Assembly: GCA_003344405.1 (NCBI GenBank)
Contig: NOWV01000198.1
Coordinates: forward strand, 117,438 to 137,437
Reading direction: 5' to 3'
DNA length: 20,000 bases
Origin: Trichoplax sp. H2
Lineage: Eukaryota
The notes beneath the pieces are model-generated. The model was not told the origin of the DNA and did not search any database. It saw only the letters and a list, made by a program, of their open reading frames with translations. Positions 18,795-20,000 of this stretch are shown here, in pieces; position 1 is the first letter of the stretch; each line of letters begins with the position of its first letter. Both the position numbers and the translations under genes were made by a program.

Positions 18795-19334
18795 TGAGAA
18801 TTCGTCAACGCGCACTTGTCCGGTTGTCTCGACTTCCGATCCTACTGCTCGATCCGACAGTTTACAGTACTGTATGTACAGTATAACATACTGTATGCAT
18901 TGTACTGTACACTGTACACGTATTGAGAATTAGTCAGCGGGCACTTGTCCGGTTGTCTTGACTTCCGATCCTACTGCTCGATCTGAATGTACAGTTTACA
19001 GTACTGTATGTACTGTACAGTATAACATACTGTATGCATTGTACTGTACACTGTACACTGAGTACACGTATTGAGAAATGAGAATTAGTCAGCGCGCACT
19101 TGTCCGGTTGTCTCGACTTCCGATACTATGGCTCGATCTGAATGTACATTGTACAGTTACAGTGCAACAGTCAAAGCGCACTTGTCCGGTTGTCCCGACT
19201 TCCGATACTACGGCTAGATCTGAATGGACTGTACTGTACTGTACTGTACAGTGTACAGTAGACTTACTGAGAACCAGTCAACGCGCAATTGTCCGGTTGT
19301 CCCGACTTCCGATGCTACGACTAGATCTGAATGT
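18795..19334. repeat. Array of five ~57-bp conserved elements separated by variable TACWGTA-rich spacers
   Basis: Core gtcaacgcgcacttgtccggttgtc(t/c)cgacttccgat.cta..gct.gatctgaatg starts at 18804, 18933, 19088, 19170 and 19277, giving periods of 129, 155, 82 and 107 bp. Confidence 0.92.
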
Positions 19335-20000
19335 TGTAGTGTAGAGTAGAGACCCTCTAGTGTAGTGTACAGTACAGTGTACTGTATAGTAGAGATGAAC
19401 ACCGTATCAAATTGTTACTTCACTTTACAGTACACCTGTCGATGGTTTGCTTATGGTACTTCAATACCATCGGAGTTGATACACAGCCAACTGTGCAACA
19501 GCAACTTGCGAAAATTCTCTTTAAAGCCGTGGAATGGACGTAGCTGTAGTTATTTCTTATGAGAGATGGGTTTTTTCTTACAGTGCAGTACACTGTACAG
19601 TACAGTACAGTACTGTACAGTATAATACCGTTGAGTACTGCTCTCTCTTTTACTGGACAGTATTGGATGAATGCTCGACGTCACGACGAGTGGACGATTG
19701 CGCGCCAGAACTTTCCGTACTATTCACTGTGGGCAGGATACAATGTACTGTAGTCGGTCTCCTACAGTACTGTAGGCGGCCAGGCTAGCCGTTACAGTCA
19801 AGTGTTTTTTTCCTAACTGGATGGGCTAGCCATACGTATTGTTTTGTAGAGGAGTGTCGCTGCCGTGTATGACCAACACTATGGTCGGAGTACTGCAGGC
19901 ATTGCACAGTCAATGTGCTATACGCCAGTTTGACCTGTCATGATCGTCAATTGGGGGGGGGGATAGAGAGGGAGATTCCAATCATTGAGCCATCCATTGG

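Noticed and set aside
18795..19334. CRISPR array interpretation of the repeat-spacer structure
   Set aside because: The context is eukaryotic with no cas genes. The repeats are long and degenerate, and the spacers are highly unequal in length, low-complexity and partly similar to each other.
18589..19788. Several 60-114 aa ORFs in the right-hand repeat region
   Set aside because: They are translations of the 57-bp repeat and TACWGTA tracts, with no splice-consistent gene model.

Overview
Eukaryotic genomic DNA: AT-rich and intron-dense with short GT-AG introns. The compact architecture is consistent with an early-branching animal such as a placozoan, but that is inference only. Three complete spliced genes can be reconstructed by hand: MED21 (minus strand, 6 exons, 2542-4680, ~150 aa), MMAB cob(I)alamin adenosyltransferase (plus strand, 9 exons, 5036-7481, ~219 aa) and clathrin heavy chain (minus strand, 20 exons, 8753-16949, ~1702 aa). 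MED21 and MMAB are head-to-head with 355 bp between start codons, and MMAB and clathrin are convergent. A possible terminal exon of a fourth gene lies at the left edge. The non-coding signals most worth following up are: (1) dense clusters of the pseudo-palindrome TACWGTA, concentrated upstream of genes; (2) a five-unit array of a conserved ~57-bp dyad element with variable spacers at 18.8-19.3 kb; (3) a hairpin-rich island with a (TAACCC)2 telomeric motif between MMAB and clathrin; (4) a tandem duplication of the MMAB stop-codon region; (5) a gap-flanking duplication that is probably an assembly artefact. No prokaryotic-type system is supported, and no novel system can be claimed from the sequence alone.
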